Position numbers and translations under genes: made by a program. A stretch of 64,000 bases of DNA from Parcubacteria group bacterium. Lineage in GTDB: Bacteria; Patescibacteriota; Minisyncoccia; Phycocordibacterales; UBA2135. The notes beneath the pieces were generated by a model, which worked only from the letters and a program-made list of their open reading frames with translations, searched no databases and was not told where the DNA came from. The stretch covers positions 48,824 through 112,823 of the forward strand of contig JACPBB010000002.1 in the NCBI GenBank assembly GCA_016180525.1. Reading direction: 5' to 3'. This document shows positions 1 through 9,030 of the stretch, in pieces; within the stretch, counting starts at the first letter, position 1, and the number at the start of each line of letters is the position of its first letter.

Positions 1-1
1 G

Positions 2-116
2 CCGTGGTTTTTCGTTGATAATTCGGTCATTTTTGAGGACGATGCTCAAGACTACGGAGCGGGCCCCGGATTCGGCATGAAATTCATCTGGGAATTGCTA
101 CGACAATATGTATAAA
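2..116 (+). CDS. 3' end of an unidentified gene (partial, open frame to TAA at 114-116)
   Basis: Open frame running off the window start. It ends ...GFGMKFIWELLRQYV* just before a hairpin terminator. Confidence 0.3.
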
Positions 117-125
117 AACAATAAA

Positions 126-149
126 GCGGCGCAATGCGCCGCTTTTTTT
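126..149. terminator. Bidirectional rho-independent terminator (GCGGCGCAATGCGCCGC hairpin + T7)
   Basis: Perfect GC-rich palindrome followed by a T-run. It lies between convergent gene ends. Confidence 0.6.
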
Positions 150-155
150 AATTTT

Positions 156-422
156 TTATTCCCGAAAGACAAGCGGGCGGACTAAAGTAACCCTACCCTC
201 ATCGTCGGTGCAAAATTTTACTAAAACATCAGCCTGTAGTCCTTTTTTACTAAATTGAGTGAGTTCGCGGAGACGCTCCCCGCTATAACTCTCAATCTTA
301 TCAAGCGTAAACGGATATTCTCTCCCATTTTTCCCCTCTTCAATAATAAAGACAATATTAGACTGAATCCTCGCCACCTTTCCCAAACGGAATCTCATGT
401 TTGGCTTCCCTCTCCGGTACAA
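156..422 (-). CDS. hypothetical small protein (88 aa)
   Basis: ORF of plausible length with a terminator downstream of its stop. No recognisable family. Confidence 0.45.
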   Translation of the reverse strand: MYRRGKPNMRFRLGKVARIQSNIVFIIEEGKNGREYPFTLDKIESYSGERLRELTQFSKKGLQADVLVKFCTDDEGRVTLVRPLVFRE

Positions 423-460
423 TCTTTAATTATCTTAACAGGAAAATAAGAAGTTGGCTA

Positions 461-1516
461 TTAATTAATTTCAATGTCTATGTGTTTCACTGAAGGAAAT
501 GCCGCCATTATTTTTTTCTCCGCTTCGTCAATTTTTCTGCCGACAAGACGCGGAACACGGTTTGTCTGATACGCAACGAATCTCTTAAACTCTTCAAAAT
601 CTTTTTTGATAACTTTAAATTCACTCTCCATATCATCCTGCTCCATAATTTCTTCAATAAGAGCAGCACCGTTGAATTCAATCTCACACTTTACGCGATA
701 CTTCCCGATATCAAGAACTTCTGATTTAAAATCAATTATTTTTTCAATGTAAGGCTCCGTAAGGAGCATCGTGGAAATTTCCTCCGCGATATCTTCGGGA
801 ATACTTTTACCCATAAGAAACTCGCGATTTTTTTTGATAAGAAAAATGGCGATAACCGCTAAAATAATTCCGACAATAACAGAGCCAACAGCATCCCAGA
901 TAAAACTTCCAGTGAGATATGAGATGAGAACAGCAGAGAGAGCAACAATAACTCCGAGCACCGCGGCCGCATCCTCATAGACGACCGCAATGGTGACAGG
1001 GTCCCCATGCTGTAGCGCTTTATAGAAAGTATCTTTTTTATGGTGCGAACGCAGTTCTTGGACAGCCTTGTATAACGTAAAAGATTCAATGAGAAGCGAG
1101 ATAGAGAGAATCGCAAAAATAGTGCCGCTGATCTCCGCTTCATGATGCTCAATAATTGTCATAATTCCGTGATAGATGGTAACTCCCGCACCCAAGAAAA
1201 AAATACCGCAGGCGGATATAAGCGCCCAAAGAAAGCGCTCACTTCCGTACCCGTATACATAGTCCTCGTCTGCCGCGCGAGTTGAACGGCGAAGCCCTAT
1301 AAGAAGAAGCCCTTGGTTCATGGTGTCTGCCAAGCTATGCACCGCCTCACTAAAAAGAGAGCTTGAGCCGGAGAGAAAATACCCAATAAACTTAAGAATG
1401 GCGATGCAAAAATTGCCGCTCAAGGCAAAAATGACCGATGTTGTACCCGGAGTTGTGCCGCGAGATTTCATAGATATGCATAAGTATAGCACTCTCGGAG
1501 ACGCCGCATCAGACAA
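461..1516 (-). CDS. cation diffusion facilitator (CDF) family metal efflux transporter
   Basis: Six TM-like hydrophobic segments and an HSLADTMNQ-type motif. The C-terminal cytoplasmic domain is typical of CzcD/FieF. Confidence 0.85.
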   Translation of the reverse strand: MSDAASPRVLYLCISMKSRGTTPGTTSVIFALSGNFCIAILKFIGYFLSGSSSLFSEAVHSLADTMNQGLLLIGLRRSTRAADEDYVYGYGSERFLWALISACGIFFLGAGVTIYHGIMTIIEHHEAEISGTIFAILSISLLIESFTLYKAVQELRSHHKKDTFYKALQHGDPVTIAVVYEDAAAVLGVIVALSAVLISYLTGSFIWDAVGSVIVGIILAVIAIFLIKKNREFLMGKSIPEDIAEEISTMLLTEPYIEKIIDFKSEVLDIGKYRVKCEIEFNGAALIEEIMEQDDMESEFKVIKKDFEEFKRFVAYQTNRVPRLVGRKIDEAEKKIMAAFPSVKHIDIEIN

Positions 1517-1875
1517 TTTTTATGATGAGTTCAGTGAATAATCTTTAATATTATCGCAGAATTCCATGGGCGTAAGCCCGTGGAGAAGTTAAGCAATGCG
1601 AGCGGGGCGAAGCATTGCGACCCAAAACCCTCCATTCTAGAAATAAATCTCCGCGCCTGTAAGGGCGTAGAGATTTATAATAAGGACGTATTGATTTATC
1701 TAACGCCAACAAAAAATTTTTTCATTATTTAAAAAGAAATATATTTGGGGCGCCCCACCTACGCCAAGGCTTTGACGGGCAAGCGTCGTAGAGGATGCTT
1801 GCCCATCCGTAGCTTTAGCGAAGGAGGGTTAGAACTGTAATACACCAAACGAGTAAGAATTTTTATATTCCTCTC

Positions 1876-2742
1876 TTATCTATTTGAAATAACAATTAAA
1901 TAATCTTTGAAGTCCAAATAATTGCTCCTTTGGTATTTTTTGATTTTATTAAGAAACGTTTTCGCTTCTGAGTCTTTGGGGAATGAATCTGTGTTATGAA
2001 TGAAACGGTAGAAAATTTTCAGGTCAAAGGTTTTTGTTGTGTTTAAGATATCTCCAACAAACATTCTCATTTTGAGCTTTTTAGCTTTAACTTTAAGATT
2101 TAATTTTTTATAGAAACTCATTATATACTCTGCATAATTAAATGTTGGATATATTTGATGAAGCATTATCTGATAGTGAGCACTTTTTTCTGGAAGGGTT
2201 AAAATAAGAAGTTTGCCTTTTGGTTTCAAAAAAGTGACCAATTTTTTAAGTTGTCGGTCGTAATCCTTTTGATTAAGCGCCCAGTAATAGTTTGTATGTG
2301 ACGTAAAAATTGTGTCATATTTCTTTTGGGGATTAAACGACGCGAGAGAGCGCGGAAATAGTTCTCCAACATTATTTTCGGGCTCAAGAAATGCTTCCGC
2401 TGAAGCAAGGGCATTTTCATTCGGTTCCAGCAAGTCACAGGTGTAATTCCCTTTTATCCTGTCAAGAACTTGTTTTGTGGTATGCCCTTCGCCGCACCCC
2501 ACGTCAAGGATTTGTTTCCTTCCCTTAACCTTAACAGAATCAACCTCTTTAACTATTTCAGCAATAATATTAATCCAGTCCTCATTGAGAGCACGGATAT
2601 ACATGTTTTCATATACATCAGAGAATTCCTTCTCTCCCCAAAAATGCCATTTTGCCATGAATTTTATTATATCAGTTCCAGCGACCCGATGAGGTAGTTT
2701 TTTAGACCCTACAAAATAAAACTCTTTTAGATGGGTGCTCAC
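1876..2742 (-). CDS. class I SAM-dependent methyltransferase (start probably the internal ATG at 2658)
   Basis: LDVGCGEGHTT motif I. The longest ORF overlaps tRNA-His, so the internal Met (MAKWHFW) is the more likely start. Confidence 0.75.
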   Translation of the reverse strand: MSTHLKEFYFVGSKKLPHRVAGTDIIKFMAKWHFWGEKEFSDVYENMYIRALNEDWINIIAEIVKEVDSVKVKGRKQILDVGCGEGHTTKQVLDRIKGNYTCDLLEPNENALASAEAFLEPENNVGELFPRSLASFNPQKKYDTIFTSHTNYYWALNQKDYDRQLKKLVTFLKPKGKLLILTLPEKSAHYQIMLHQIYPTFNYAEYIMSFYKKLNLKVKAKKLKMRMFVGDILNTTKTFDLKIFYRFIHNTDSFPKDSEAKTFLNKIKKYQRSNYLDFKDYLIVISNR

Positions 2743-2806
2743 TGAGAATTGAACTCAGATTAAAGGCTCCACAGGCCTCTGTGTTAACCGTTACACCATG
2801 AGCACC
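2734..2806 (-). tRNA. tRNA-His (anticodon GTG) with encoded G-1
   Basis: Cloverleaf read by eye with a 7-bp acceptor stem and an extra 5' G pairing the discriminator C. Anticodon loop is CTGTGGA; T-loop is TTCAATT. Confidence 0.85.
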
Positions 2807-3134
2807 ATAAAACTTTTGCTCTGCAAAAGTAAATTTCTAAAAACTAAACACTAACCGCTGAATCCTATTTATAATGCGGATTTTTCTCTCTAATTCCTCT
2901 CTTGAAGTTAACAAATCACGCGAGCGCAAACAAGAGCGATGAATCCCGTTCCAAATCGCAGGCGCGTCCCCAAAAATCTCACGCTTTCCGCTTTTTCGTG
3001 TCAAAAAATTTGGTAGTGCCTCAACCCCCTTTCCTGTATATAACATGCAGAAGGATTATAATACGCGAACTTGCTGTTGTAAAGATATGTTTTCTAAGAT
3101 TAATTGATTATTATGTACTAAGGCGTTTAGAAGC

Positions 3135-5183
3135 ATGGAGTTTGAAATGACCCCGATCGATGTTGATAAGCTCATTAAAAATGATATTGAAAGAAAGAAA
3201 AAGCGTCACAGCAAGCATCAGCATATCACATTTAAAGAGTACCTTGAATTAGTGAAGCAGAACCCGCGTATTGCCCAAAACGCATTCGCACGAGTGCATC
3301 AAATGATAATGCATGCCGGCATTGAAGAAATTCCGGAACATGAACGTTGGCTCGGTGTTGATCGGCGCCTTCTATTCTTTGCCCAAAAACTATTTGGCAT
3401 TGATTCTTGCGTTGTACAACTCACCGACCACATGGAAGCAGGCGCAAACCGTGCCTCAACGGGCAAACAAATCCCCCTTTTGGTTGGTCCGCCGGCGAGC
3501 GGAAAATCAAGCATTGTAAAAATGCTCAAACAAGGTTTGGAGCACTATGATCTCTTGCCCATTTTTGCAATCTCTGGATGTCCGAAGCACGAAGAGCCCC
3601 TACATCTACTTCCGAGAAATACGCGGGAAGAGATTGAAAAAGACCTTGGAGTACGTATTACTGGAGACCTGTGCCATGTATGTCGGCACCGCTTAAAAAC
3701 TGAATTTAAATCTGATGACGGCACTATTCGTTGGTGGGAATTCCCCGTTGAGACATTTACATTTTCTATTCAAGGAGCTCGCGGTATTACTTCATTTGAA
3801 CCTTCCAATGAAAAGGCGTCCGATATAACGGCTTTGACCGGAAGAGAAAATGTCGGTGTTACTTCAAATCCAAATCGTGGATACAAAGACCCTCACGCAT
3901 TTGAACTCTCTGGAGAAATTCCAAAGGCAGAGCGTGGAATTTGCGAAGGAAGAGAGCTTACTTCAAGCGACCCGGAAGTGCTTAATGTGTTCTTCAGCGT
4001 TGCCGAGGAACAAGAGTTGAAAATTACCGGTTCTAACTTCCCTCACCTGTCAGTGGATGCTGTCATTATCGGGCATACGAATCTAACGCCATATAAAAAC
4101 TTTGCGGGGGACAAGAAACACGAGGGACTGCATCAACGATTTTATGTGATTCCGTGTCCATATCCGCTTCGTATTCAGGACGAAGTCCGTGTATATAGAA
4201 AGCTCATTGAACAAGAAAGTGATTTTGTCCGTCTGAAGAAATGCCACATTGCCCCCGGCTCGCTTGAGCTCGCGGCAACGTTTGCTGTCATTACACGATA
4301 TGTAGAGTCTGACAAAGTCGGACCAATCACAAAGGCAAAAATCTACAATAACGAAAAGGCGCTTACAGAACTCGAAAACGCAGAAAGCAGGCCTCGTGAT
4401 ATTCAAGAATTGCTTGATGAAGGCCAGGGACATGCGGATATCGCAAAACGCGAAGGAATGTTCGGCGCAAGTGCGAGAGACGTGCTCGCGGCGCTCAACA
4501 ACGCACTCGTGCGCGAATCGACGCGCGGCAAGTGCTTAACCCCGCTTACCGCAATTCGTGCTATGCGCGATATATTCCAAGGTGAACACCGCATGGGATA
4601 CACTCCTGAGCAAATACAGAAATTCTTGGAGCTACTCTCTGCCGCAGAGGGAGAGAGTGTCATGACAGAGTACAAAGAGTTTGTCGTGACGGTCGTGAAC
4701 AAAGCGTATCTTAGGGCATACGGATCTCTTGCGGAAGAATTGTTTAGAAAGTACATTGCGGAAGTTGATCATTATCGCGACACAAAAAGAAAATATGTTC
4801 GCGGAAAACAAGTTGAGATTAAACGAGATATCGTAACGAACAAACCCAAGGAGCCTGATATCAAATTTCTCCGCTCTATTGAACAGCACATTCCGCTCAC
4901 GGAAGCAGAAGCAGAAGTGTTTCGCGGAGAAGTTCTTGAGTGTAAGGCAAGCATGAAGGACTTTTCTTACTCAACATATCCCCCCCTTGCGCGCGCGGTT
5001 GAGAAAAAGCTTCTCGCAGACAGTAAGTCCAGCCTGACGCTTGTGCTCGCGAGCGACAAACCGAAGGGAACCGAGGAAAAGAAACGAGTTGAAAACCTGT
5101 TCGCCTCTCTCGGCGAAAGTGGATTCTGTGAAGTGTGCGCTAAAGAAGTTGTTGAAAAAGCACAAGAGTTTTTGAGAGAATAA
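3135..5183 (+). CDS. prkA: PrkA family serine protein kinase (YeaG-like)
   Basis: Walker A motif LVGPPASGKSS. Length and overall similarity fit PrkA/YeaG. It is followed by yeaH and spoVR, as in the conserved trio. Confidence 0.9.
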   Translation: MEFEMTPIDVDKLIKNDIERKKKRHSKHQHITFKEYLELVKQNPRIAQNAFARVHQMIMHAGIEEIPEHERWLGVDRRLLFFAQKLFGIDSCVVQLTDHMEAGANRASTGKQIPLLVGPPASGKSSIVKMLKQGLEHYDLLPIFAISGCPKHEEPLHLLPRNTREEIEKDLGVRITGDLCHVCRHRLKTEFKSDDGTIRWWEFPVETFTFSIQGARGITSFEPSNEKASDITALTGRENVGVTSNPNRGYKDPHAFELSGEIPKAERGICEGRELTSSDPEVLNVFFSVAEEQELKITGSNFPHLSVDAVIIGHTNLTPYKNFAGDKKHEGLHQRFYVIPCPYPLRIQDEVRVYRKLIEQESDFVRLKKCHIAPGSLELAATFAVITRYVESDKVGPITKAKIYNNEKALTELENAESRPRDIQELLDEGQGHADIAKREGMFGASARDVLAALNNALVRESTRGKCLTPLTAIRAMRDIFQGEHRMGYTPEQIQKFLELLSAAEGESVMTEYKEFVVTVVNKAYLRAYGSLAEELFRKYIAEVDHYRDTKRKYVRGKQVEIKRDIVTNKPKEPDIKFLRSIEQHIPLTEAEAEVFRGEVLECKASMKDFSYSTYPPLARAVEKKLLADSKSSLTLVLASDKPKGTEEKKRVENLFASLGESGFCEVCAKEVVEKAQEFLRE

Positions 5184-5192
5184 CATACCCCA

Positions 5193-5225
5193 AAGCCCCC
5201 TCTTTTATGAGGTGGGCTTTTTTGC
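5193..5225 (+). terminator. intra-operon hairpin + T-run (attenuator-like) between prkA and yeaH
   Basis: AAGCCCCCTC...GGTGGGCTT stem followed by TTTTTTG. Confidence 0.4.
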
Positions 5226-5267
5226 TACACTCTAACATAGAGTATCCTTGAAAGACGGAGAATATAG

Positions 5268-5804
5268 ATGCCAATTATTGTCTCAGAACATATTCAAGAA
5301 CGCGGCAAGGGAGATGCGCGACGACATCGCGACAAGCAGCGAGAGGCTATAAAGAAAAATCTTCCTGAAATACTTTCGGAAGAATCAATTATCACTGGAA
5401 GGCCGGGGAAAATTATAAAAGTCCCCATTAAGAGTCTTGATATACCGCATTTTAAACACGGGCGAGGCAAAGACGAAAATGACGCCGGAGTTGGTCAAGG
5501 TAAGGGAAAGCCAGGGGATGTTATTGGTCGTCGGCCAGGAAAAGGAACAAAACCTGGAGGACCGGGAACTGAACCAGGGGTAGACTATCTTGAGGCAGAA
5601 TTTACCATTGAAGAATTGACGGAATTATTCCTTGAAGATATGGGTCTCCCCCGACTTGAGAAAAAAAATGTCCGTGAAATTGAAGTAGAGCTTGGATTTA
5701 AAGTAAGAGGAACCCAGCGCACAGGGCCGCATGTCCTTTTAAATCGCAAAAAAAACAGCGCAAGAGGGAATGAAGCGGTTTTGGAGCTTTCTCCAAGCAC
5801 TTAA
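5268..5804 (+). CDS. yeaH: YeaH/YhbH (DUF444) family protein, N-terminal part (frame 0; interrupted)
   Basis: N-terminal DUF444 region (lysine/arginine-rich, GRPGKGTKPGGPG). The frame terminates at 5804 while the C-terminal part continues in another frame. Confidence 0.6.
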   Translation: MPIIVSEHIQERGKGDARRHRDKQREAIKKNLPEILSEESIITGRPGKIIKVPIKSLDIPHFKHGRGKDENDAGVGQGKGKPGDVIGRRPGKGTKPGGPGTEPGVDYLEAEFTIEELTELFLEDMGLPRLEKKNVREIEVELGFKVRGTQRTGPHVLLNRKKNSARGNEAVLELSPST

Positions 5805-6597
5805 ACAAGAAACGGGAAAATCTGAACTGCACTGTTACGAAGCATTGAAGCGCACAGACGGCCGTTTTGCCGACGCGCTTGAATTGCTCAACGCAGGAAA
5901 AATTGTGCTGACAGACGAAAGTCACGTTTCTGTTGATCCATTCCCGATTCTTCACCATGAAGATTATCGATATCACAAAATAGAAGAAGATGTTACAAAA
6001 GAATCTCAGGCTGTGGTCATTGCGATTATGGACGTTTCCGCGTCAATGACTCCTCTCAAAAAATATTTCGCTCGCACAATGATCTTCTGGCTTGTAAATT
6101 TCCTACGGCAAATATATAAACGAGTTGACATCCGTTTTATCGCCCATGATACCGAGGCACGAATCGTCGATGAAGAAAATTTCTTCAGAGTTGGAGAAAG
6201 CGGCGGAACACACTGTTACGCCGGATATGAACTCGCAAACTCACTCATAGAGACTGATTATCCGATAAGCCAATGGAATGTGTATGTATGGCACTTCTCT
6301 GACGGAGAAGATGGAAACACAGCACGTTCTATGGAAGAGGCACGGAGGCTTTTTGAGCGAAAGATTAATATGTTCGGCTATGGGGAAATATGTCCTGAAA
6401 AAGAATATTGGCCACCTGAACTTCTAAAACAATTTATTAAGACCTTTGATCTCAAAGAAGTTAAAGAAGAAAAAGATTTCACGGTTCATGTAAGTTTTGA
6501 CGAAAAATATCCGTTCTTGGGTGTCGCGATGCAGGAAAAAAAACATATCTGGCAAGCCCTTAAGGCGTTTCTCAAGCGAGATAGGTGGTCGTCATGA
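5770..6597 (+). CDS. yeaH: YeaH/YhbH (DUF444) family protein, C-terminal vWA-like part (frame +1; open from 5743)
   Basis: VVIAIMDVSASM metal-ion-dependent adhesion motif and the conserved C-terminus of YeaH. It overlaps the upstream ORF, consistent with a 1-nt indel in the A8 tract at 5748-5755. Confidence 0.6.
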   Translation: MKRFWSFLQALKQETGKSELHCYEALKRTDGRFADALELLNAGKIVLTDESHVSVDPFPILHHEDYRYHKIEEDVTKESQAVVIAIMDVSASMTPLKKYFARTMIFWLVNFLRQIYKRVDIRFIAHDTEARIVDEENFFRVGESGGTHCYAGYELANSLIETDYPISQWNVYVWHFSDGEDGNTARSMEEARRLFERKINMFGYGEICPEKEYWPPELLKQFIKTFDLKEVKEEKDFTVHVSFDEKYPFLGVAMQEKKHIWQALKAFLKRDRWSS

Positions 6598-8105
6598 AAA
6601 AGCACGAACTAAAGCGTCTTATACAAATTGAGAAAGAAATAAAAAAGATCGCGGTTGAAGAGTGCGGCCTCTTAACGACCGATATCGTATTTGAGGTTGT
6701 CCCCGCAAGAAAAATGATTGAGGCAATGGCGTATCAGTTTCCGGTCAACTTTTCACACTGGTCCTTTGGACGCGATTATGACAGGCATCGCACCATTTAC
6801 GAACACACCGGAGTTGGAATACCATATGAACAAGTGTGGAACTTTGAAATTCCTAAGGCACTTCTCGTTGATACCAATCCACTTCCGTTAAATGTGTTGG
6901 TAATAGCCCATGTATACGGACACGTTGATTACTTTTTAGGAAATCGCTACTTACAACACGGTCGTTCTTTTTCCGATATCGCCGAAGAAGCACGGTATGC
7001 GGCGACACGGTTTAAAGAATATGAAGTCCGATTTGGAATAGAGTGGGTTGAAAAAGTAATTGAGGCAGGTATGGCGCTACAATGGCACCAGCCGCTTGAT
7101 CCCTTCCTGGAAGAGCCGCGTGAAGAAGATGCTCGTGCATATCTCATGAAATTGGAAAAAGAGAAAATGCGGTACGTTCAGACACACGCGGTCTCGTCAA
7201 ATAAAAAGAAGACTGAACAAGAGTTACGGAGACTGGAAGCACAGCTTAAAATACTCGCGCACAAAACTCCACCTGAACCAGTATATGATATACTCCAATA
7301 CATTATTAAACACGCCCCACGCCTTAAGGAAGAGGAGCGTGATATTTTAACGGTTATCAGAAATCAAGCGCGAGCACTGGCTCCAAATCGCAGAACGAAA
7401 CTGCTCGATGAAGGATGGGCGACATACTGGCACACCCGTATCATGCGCCGACTATTTGAAAAAGGACTTTTGAGTGCTGAAGAACATGGAGTCTTCCTTG
7501 ACTATCACGCAAAAGTAACTCAAGCGAGTAAGCGACAATTCAATGTATACAATATCGGTCCCGCACTCTTTGAGTACATAAAAGAGCGTTGGGACAGAGG
7601 GCAGTTCGGAAAAGAGTATGAGGAATGTAGGAACCCTTTTGAACGAAATCGATGGGACACAAAAGTAAACAGGGGAACAGAAAAAATATTTGAAGTTCGT
7701 TCTTCATATACTGACCGCATGGCAGCAGAAGAGTTTTTTACTCCAGATTTTATACGAGCATGTGAGTTATATATTTATGAAGATCGTCAAGATGGCTTAG
7801 GAAACATTGTGTCTGTCGTTGTGGAAAAGAGACCCGCAGAAGTTCAAAAAATCTTCAAAAGAATATATGCTCTCTACGGCACGCCTCAAATATGTGTCAT
7901 TGACGGCAATTATAAAGACAAAGGATTTTTGTATCTTGCCCACAAACCCTTCGGGGATGGGGAGCTTGATCAAACATACCGAAAAGGAGCTCTTGAATAT
8001 GTTTATGCATGTTGGAAACGCCCGGTTTTTCTGGAGACACAAATCGGCAAAGATGTTGTTGTATGTTCTTTTGATGGAACAAAACACAAGATTGTACCTA
8101 AATAA
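6585..8105 (+). CDS. spoVR: SpoVR family protein (YcgB-like)
   Basis: Full-length similarity to SpoVR/YcgB. Its start overlaps the yeaH end. Confidence 0.9.
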   Translation: MVVMKKHELKRLIQIEKEIKKIAVEECGLLTTDIVFEVVPARKMIEAMAYQFPVNFSHWSFGRDYDRHRTIYEHTGVGIPYEQVWNFEIPKALLVDTNPLPLNVLVIAHVYGHVDYFLGNRYLQHGRSFSDIAEEARYAATRFKEYEVRFGIEWVEKVIEAGMALQWHQPLDPFLEEPREEDARAYLMKLEKEKMRYVQTHAVSSNKKKTEQELRRLEAQLKILAHKTPPEPVYDILQYIIKHAPRLKEEERDILTVIRNQARALAPNRRTKLLDEGWATYWHTRIMRRLFEKGLLSAEEHGVFLDYHAKVTQASKRQFNVYNIGPALFEYIKERWDRGQFGKEYEECRNPFERNRWDTKVNRGTEKIFEVRSSYTDRMAAEEFFTPDFIRACELYIYEDRQDGLGNIVSVVVEKRPAEVQKIFKRIYALYGTPQICVIDGNYKDKGFLYLAHKPFGDGELDQTYRKGALEYVYACWKRPVFLETQIGKDVVVCSFDGTKHKIVPK

Positions 8106-8112
8106 ATACGCA

Positions 8113-8150
8113 AAACCGCTCTGGTATACATCAGAGCGGTTTTTTCTTTT
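8113..8150. terminator. rho-independent terminator after spoVR
   Basis: AAACCGCTCTG...CAGAGCGGTTT hairpin followed by a T-run. Confidence 0.6.
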
Positions 8151-8155
8151 GGTGC

Positions 8156-8215
8156 GCAGGAGAGGAATTTCACTACTCGTCGCTCCGCCAGTTGGCGGAG
8201 CTCCTGCGCTTTCAA
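8156..8215 (-). other. tRNA-Leu-derived pseudo-tRNA remnant
   Basis: On the minus strand it reads GCGCAGG...ATTCCTCTCCTGCGCACCA. It shares the 5' acceptor strand and the last about 18 nt (T-stem plus acceptor plus CCA) with the bona fide tRNA-Leu 190 bp away. The internal region is replaced by a single hairpin. Confidence 0.45.
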
Positions 8216-8308
8216 ACCACTCGGTTTGAAGAATCCTCCACGGGAAAACTACAGTTTTCCCGGCCCCTTTCGTGTTCAAATCCTCACCGTGCTCAAAAAC
8301 ATCACAAC

Positions 8309-8343
8309 AAAAAAACCGTACTGTTTGTGAGTACGGTTTTTTT
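8309..8343. terminator. hairpin + T-run immediately downstream of tRNA-Leu
   Basis: CCGTAC...GTACGG stem flanked by an A-run and a T-run. Confidence 0.45.
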
Positions 8344-8347
8344 GTTT

Positions 8348-8434
8348 TGGTGCGCAGGAGAGGATTTGAACCTCCACGACCTTGCGGCCACTAGCCCCTC
8401 AAGCTAGTGCGTCTACCAGTTTCGCCACCTGCGC
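8348..8434 (-). tRNA. tRNA-Leu (anticodon GAG), class II with long variable arm, CCA encoded
   Basis: Cloverleaf read by eye. Anticodon loop is TTGAGGG, variable arm GGCCGCAAGGTC, T-loop TTCAAAT, and the acceptor stem is GCGCAGG/CCTGCGC. Confidence 0.85.
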
Positions 8435-8484
8435 AAAAATCAGTATTTAGTATAGAGTATTTAGTATGAAGTTTCAAGAAAACT

Positions 8485-8516
8485 AAAAACCTTTCGATGC
8501 TGTCGAAAGGTTTTTA
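8485..8516. terminator. bidirectional terminator downstream of rplS
   Basis: AAAACCTTTCGA...TCGAAAGGTTTT hairpin. Confidence 0.5.
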
Positions 8517-9005
8517 GTTTTCTTTTTCTGATTTTGCCTCTGCCGCAAGGACAACGGGTCCTTTGCTTGTACTCTCTGCTTCGACCGCTTCACTATTCTC
8601 GGCCGCAAGTACTGTGGGCAACTCTTTCTTCTCTTCTTTCGGCTCAACGGGAACAAAGTCAGCGAGTCCTTTCATTTTTCTCCTGATTTCCCGAGCTGTT
8701 TTTTCGCGAATGTAATAGAGCTTGCTCCGACGAACTTTAGAGCGACGAATGACTTCAATTTTATCTATAACCGGTGAGTAGAGCGGAAAAATTTTCTCAA
8801 CCCCAACTCCGGAGGCAATTTTCCTTACAGTAAAAGTAGCTCCTGGCTCTCTGCCATGCTTACGAGCAATGACGAGCCCCTCAAACGCCTGAAGGCGTAT
8901 TTTGCCTTTTTCATCCTTTATTTTCTGCCACACGCGTACAGTGTCCCCCGCCCGTATGAGAAGCGCGCGTCGTTCGTTTATATTAACCGGTGAAAGTGTA
9001 ATCAT
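8514..9005 (-). CDS. rplS: 50S ribosomal protein L19 with C-terminal extension
   Basis: GDTVRVW...[11 protein letters not shown]...[22 protein letters not shown] core is typical of L19. Confidence 0.85.
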   Translation of the reverse strand: MITLSPVNINERRALLIRAGDTVRVWQKIKDEKGKIRLQAFEGLVIARKHGREPGATFTVRKIASGVGVEKIFPLYSPVIDKIEVIRRSKVRRSKLYYIREKTAREIRRKMKGLADFVPVEPKEEKKELPTVLAAENSEAVEAESTSKGPVVLAAEAKSEKEN

Positions 9006-9030
9006 AAAATATGAAAGTTACTGTATCATA

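Noticed and set aside
2837-3046. 69-aa ORF on the minus strand upstream of prkA, plus many similar short antisense ORFs in the track (e.g. 771-980, 3299-3529, 4083-4889, 7797-8279)
   Set aside because: They lie inside or antisense to well-supported genes or in promoter regions. They lack RBS or family similarity, which is typical of the six-frame noise of AT-rich DNA.
8003-8229. ORFs 7807-8229 (+) and 8003-8215 (-) spanning the spoVR end, terminator and pseudo-tRNA
   Set aside because: They overlap a terminator hairpin and tRNA-derived sequence and have no coding signal.
8216-8300. Plus-strand GTTCAAATCC T-loop-like sequence suggesting another tRNA
   Set aside because: No acceptor, D or anticodon arms can be built. 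It is an inverted fragment of the tRNA-Leu T-arm within the repeat element.
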